A stretch of DNA of 64,000 nucleotides, from the NCBI RefSeq assembly GCF_028641065.1, contig NC_073405.1, positions 3,782,001-3,846,000 of the forward strand. The letters run 5' to 3'. A program made the translations under genes and the position numbers. The notes under the pieces were generated by a model. The model saw nothing but the letters and a program-made list of their open reading frames with translations. It searched no databases and was not told the origin of the DNA. Origin of the DNA: Leucoraja erinacea. Taxonomy: Eukaryota. Each line of letters starts with the position of its first letter. Positions within the stretch are counted from its first letter, which is position 1. This document shows, one piece after another, positions 59,117 to 64,000 of the stretch.

Positions 59117-59530
59117 GACATAGAAAATAGGTGCAGGAGTAGAGGCCATTCGGCCCTTTGAGCCTGCACCGCCATTCAATATGATCATGGCAGATCATCC
59201 AACTCAGTATCCTGTACTTGCCTTCTCTCCATACCCCCTGATCCCTTTAGCCACAAGGGCCACATCTAACTCCCTCTTAAATATAGCCAATGAACTGTGG
59301 CCTCAACTGTGGCAGAGAATTCCACAGATTTACCACTCTGTGTGAAAAATTATTTCCTCATCTCTGTCCTAAAAGATTTCCCCTTTATCCTTAAACTGTG
59401 TGACCCCTTGTCCTGGACTTCCCCAACATCGGGAACAATCTTCCTGCATCTAGCCTGTCCAACCCCTTGAGAATGTTGTAAGTTTCTATAAGATCCCCCC
59501 TCAATCTTCTACATTCTAGCGAGTACAAGC
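59117..59530 (-). mobile_element. CR1 LINE 3' end
   Basis: RRLRGDLIETYNILKGLDRLD and tail. Confidence 0.82.
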
Positions 59531-59739
59531 ATCTGTATCTGTCAAGAACGGGGTGTGGGCCCGAAACGTCGCCCACTCCTTCTCTCCCAGAGATGCCGCC
59601 CGTCCCAGCTGGGGGTTACTCCAGCATTAACGTTGCCCAGCAGCAGCACCAGCCCCGACCCCCACCCTCTCTCCCTCCCAGCACAATAACGGGCAATGAA
59701 CGTCCACATGAAGCGAGATACCCACACACACAAAGCAGC

Positions 59740-60050
59740 ACCTCCGCCCGAGGATGGATCGCCGGCGACTGGGAGAGCCGAGCCGAGCAAGGCCGAGTCT
59801 AGCCGAGTAGGGCCGAGCCGATGGTCGCCCGCAGCAACCGCCCCGCCTGGTACCTGAGGCCGCAGCTCCTCCCCGGGTCCTAACGCCCGTCCGCTGCTTG
59901 CCCCCCACGGTCCTAACGCCCGCCCGCCCTCCTCACATCAAGCCTCTGTGAGACACCAACCCGCGTCACGGCACCTGCCGCAAGCTGCCAGGGTTGCGCC
60001 ATAAGAAAACGTTACAGGTCACTCACTGCGTGCCCCTTGCCTTGGCAAAA
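59740..60050 (-). promoter_or_regulatory. Small CpG island, probable promoter and first non-coding exon of the CDC42SE-like gene (donor CAG/gtacca after 59854)
   Basis: CpG-rich; GC boxes (CCGCCC); CRE half-site CGTCA near 59965; donor oriented toward the gene. Confidence 0.55.
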
Positions 60051-60060
60051 ACCTCCAGCT

Positions 60061-60098
60061 CAAAGATCCTATAGCAGAGCAGAGCTATAGGATCTTTG
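60061..60098. mobile_element. 38-bp remnant (probable excision footprint) of the same P-like family
   Basis: CTCCAGCT + CAAAGATCCTATAGC-agagcaga-GCTATAGGATCTTTG + CTCCAGCT. Confidence 0.8.
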
Positions 60099-63000
60099 CT
60101 CCAGCTTACAATAAAACTAGAGACTGAAGAAGGGTCTCGAACCGAAATAGGGTCACCTATTTGGAAATAATTCAAAACTCCAGCACTTTGTGTCTTTTTT
60201 TTTCTGTACAAAACAAAAAACAAAGGAAACTGTGTCAGTCAGGGAATTCCACAAATTCACCCAGAGAGTTGTGAATTTGTGGAATTCCCTGCCACAGAGG
60301 GCAGGGGAGGCCAAATCACTGGATGGATATTTAGAGAGAGTTAGATGCAGCTTCTAGGGGCCAGTGGAATCAAGGGATATGGGGCGAAGGCAGGCCTGGG
60401 TTATTGATTTGGGACGATCAGCCAGGATCACAATGAACGGAGGTGCTGGCTAGAAGGGCCGAATGGCCTCCAGCACCTATTTTCCATGTTCTATATGAAA
60501 TTGAACTTATGCAAACTCCTCCACATATCTCCTTGTGAAGTCGGTAACAACTGTGGCATATTCCTTTTCTCCAGAGGTGTTGCCTGGCCAGCAATTTGTG
60601 ATTATTTTCAGCAATACACTAATACAGTACTGAAACTCCACAGTAATAAATCGTGCTGAATTCACCACACTTCACTTTCAGCAACAAAAGAACTACATTC
60701 TGCTTTCTGTGCTTTCCCTTTGCTCTATTTATTGGACTTGAGTTTGACCTGATATTTATGTGTAGTATTATCTGATCGGATTGAGTGACATGCAAATCAA
60801 AGCTGTTTATCCTCAGTACACGTGACAATAAACTAGACGTAAATGAACTGGTGATATAGAAACAAAGAACTGCAGATGCTGGTTTATGCCAGATAGACAC
60901 AACGTGCTGGACTCAGTGCGTCAGGCCGTATCTCTGGAGAAAAAGGATTGGTGAGGTTGGATCCCGTCCCAAAACACCACCTATCCCTTTTCCTCCAGAG
61001 ATGCTGCCTGGCTCACTGAATTACTCCAGCACTTTGTGTCTGCGAGAAACTGCCGATGCTGATTTACCAAAAAAAAACACAAAGTGCTGGAATAATTCAA
61101 ACTCCAACACTTTGTATCTTTTTTTTTGTACAAAACAAAGTGAACTGAACGTATTCAAACTCCTCCACACATTTCCTTATGAAGTTGGTAACAACTGTGG
61201 CATATTGGTTCAGGTCCATTGCTGAGTCCTTGAATATTGCCCAGACTACCGACTCAAAGCAATACCAAAGTCGTTCTTCTCCTCAGTCCTCACCACTGAG
61301 GCTGCATTCTATTCCACCATTTCATAAGATCATCTTTCCTCTCACCTCTAGATACTATTTCAGGGTCTTGGCTCAAAATAAAATACATATTTTGTCTCCA
61401 CAGATGCTGCTCGGCCTGTTGAGTTCCTCTGGCATTCTGCATTTCTTACCAGAATCCAGCATCTGCAGTCTCTTGTGTCGTTGTACCTCTTTCAGTTTAC
61501 TTTAGTTTATTTTACTATCATCATGTGTATCTAGGTGCAGTGAATAGATTTTGTTTGCATGCTATCCAGTCAAAGAAAAAACTATCCATGATGACAATCA
61601 AGCCATCCACAGTGCGCAGATAAAAATAATAGATACAATATTTAGTGCAAGATAAAGTCTGATTAAAGATAGCACAAAGGCATCCAATAAGGTAGATGGC
61701 AGGTCAGGACCGCCCTGCTTCTTGCCAAATCATCATATACTTTGAGTCACAAGCACTCATGAAAAGTTAAGATGTCGAGCAATAGGCCATCTGGCCACTG
61801 AAACATGCCCCACCATTCAATATAATCATGGCTGATCTATCCGGGCCTTAACCCCTCCTCTGTGCCAGATGCCCTCAATTTTTTGATCTTTCAAAAATAT
61901 ATCTAAGTTCTTTAGTCTCTATACATCTATTAGTCTCAACCATGAGTATACAACAAATGCCCAAACTCAAACAAAACCCCAAAAATATTAATAAATACAT
62001 TTGTTAATATCTTTCATTATGGAGAGGATTAGTTAATTGAATTGAATTATTGGCCAAGTATTCATATACAAGGAATTTGCCTTGGTGCTCCGCTCACAAG
62101 TGACAACAACGTACAGTGACAGTTAGGAATGACACATAAAACATTAAACACTAATAATAAAACATTATTGAATCAACATATGAATTAAATAAAATACCAG
62201 GGCAAAAGGAGGCTACAGGTTTTTGGTAAAACTGTTTTTATGTCTGGCTGTGGCAGCTTTGTCAACTGAATGGAAAAAATCTAATGTTGCAAAATTTAAA
62301 AAAAATCTGCTCAGTTACTTTGTCAACCACAAAGAGAGTTCACAAAGGCCACACATTGTGAATGATGAGCTGCAGTCTGTGGAAGGAAGATCACCTGCCC
62401 AAAAGCGATGCTGGAACAAATGGCTTGGTGTTCAATGGTTGTGTGTAGTTCTGGTCGTCACATTAGAAGGTAGAGGCTTTGAAGGGCATGCATACAAGAT
62501 TCACCAGGATGGTGCCTGTGTTAGAAAGTATCAGCTATAAGGAAAGTGTACGAAGGAACTGCAGATGCTGGTTTACACTGAAGAGAGACATAAAATGCTG
62601 GAGTAACTCAGCGGGACAAGCAGCATGTCTGGGTAGAAGGAATAGGTGATGTTTCAGGTCGAAACCCTTCTTCAGACTGAAAGTCAGGGGAGAGGGAGAC
62701 ATAAGGGAGACATTAGACATAAGGTGTCAAAACGAGACATCAAAAGAGATGATAATCAAGGAAAATGTATAGATCATTGTTAGCTAGGAAAGGTGATTAC
62801 ATTTTATCTCTGTTTGCTTTGTTGTCATTCTCTCATGAAGGACTGTTGGACTATTGGACTGTTTGCTTTGGAGCATCGGAGGCTGAGGAGAAACGTGATC
62901 TAAGTATAGAAAATGGTGGCATAGACAGGGTGGATAATCAGTCTTTTTCCCAGATTAGAAAGGTCAAATATTAGAGGGCGTTACTTTAAGGTAAGAGGGG

Positions 63001-63925
63001 GAAAGTTTAAAGGAGATTTACGTGGTTGCCAGGGAATAGTGGGTGTCTGGAACATGCTGCCAGGGGAAAAGGTGGAAGCAGATATGATAGGAACTTTTAA
63101 TAAACATTTACACAGATACATAAAGGGGCAGGACGTTGAGGAATTCAGATCACTTTTAGGCAGAAATCTGCTTTAAATTGGCATGATGGCTGGCACAGGC
63201 ATTGTAGATGAAAGGACCTGTGCTTGCTCTGTACCATTCCATCTTCTATATATCACACCTTTTGAATTCCCTCAGTTCTCTGGATTTTACTCCCGCTTCA
63301 CTTCTCTCTGACTCTGTCTTTAAGTTTTATCCCTGGCCATTTTATACCTATCATTGTGAAATTCCCTTTCTACTCCAGAATAAACTGCCCTCAGCGGAGA
63401 CCTCAGTTATATCCCCATGTCGAGTCGAGGGAGGAGGTATAGCGACAGGTGTTGCATCTCCTTTGCATCGGTTTAGTTGTATGATCAGCCATGATCATAT
63501 TGAATGGCGGTGCAGGCTCGAAGGGCCGAATGGCCTACTCCTGCACCTATTTTCTATGTTTCTAGTTTCATTCAGATAGATTTCTAAACTCTGATTTAGT
63601 TGGCAATATTCTATTTACTTGTGTTTGAAGCTGGGGGGAAGGGGTCTAGCTTTCCCTTAGATTGTGCTAGGTTACCTTACAGATGAGATGCCTCTCTGGT
63701 CAAACTTGGGTCAAACGAAGTTATTGGTCTATTAAAATAGGCTTGGATGCCAGACCTATTTTTTGCTTTGATCCGCTGTTCTTCCAGCAGTTTATTTTCT
63801 GCTCTGGATACCAGATATGTTTGGCTCTGGCCTGTGGGTGTAGTGTTTGTTCCCCTGGCAGAGGGTTTTAATATAGATCTTTGATATAGAGCAGGGTTGG
63901 CCTGGGAGGGGAGGGGAGGGGGGAG

Positions 63926-64000
63926 ATGGCGGCGGAGGCCCGGGACGAGATGGCGGTGCCGGCCCCCGACGCCGTGCTGGAGGTGGGCCAGCGGCTATTC
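63926..64000 (+). CDS. Possible first exon of an unidentified gene, MAAEARDEMAVPAPDAVLEVGQRLF..., open to the window edge
   Basis: Abrupt CpG-rich start, GAGATGGCG Kozak context, 25 open codons; family not recognised. Confidence 0.4.
   Translation, partial: MAAEARDEMAVPAPDAVLEVGQRLF

Overview
Vertebrate genomic DNA, not prokaryotic. The repeat content (HE1/V-SINE-type tRNA SINEs, HER1/CR1 LINE ends, Penelope-like elements) suggests a cartilaginous fish such as a skate or ray; this is an inference. Three spliced genes can be reconstructed by hand with GT-AG junctions and consistent phases. SPPL2B lies on the - strand (coding exons 1-13, 34230->3628, continuing off the left edge). LSM7 lies on the + strand (probable start 34277, stop 40116), head-to-head with SPPL2B in a shared CpG island. 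A CDC42SE2-like CRIB small effector lies on the - strand (CDS 53144->49075, with non-coding exons on both sides). A possible fourth gene starts at 63926. Most other ORFs in the track are repeat-derived or spurious. Notable repeat biology: (1) a P-element-type MITE plus an apparent P-element excision footprint; (2) many ~150-300 bp fold-back Penelope-derived inserts with minimal hammerhead-ribozyme cores and target duplications, some with captured local DNA at their centres; (3) a triple-nested SINE>Tc1>CR1 insertion whose junction was copied 2.2 kb away. All coordinates were counted by eye and repeat boundaries are approximate.
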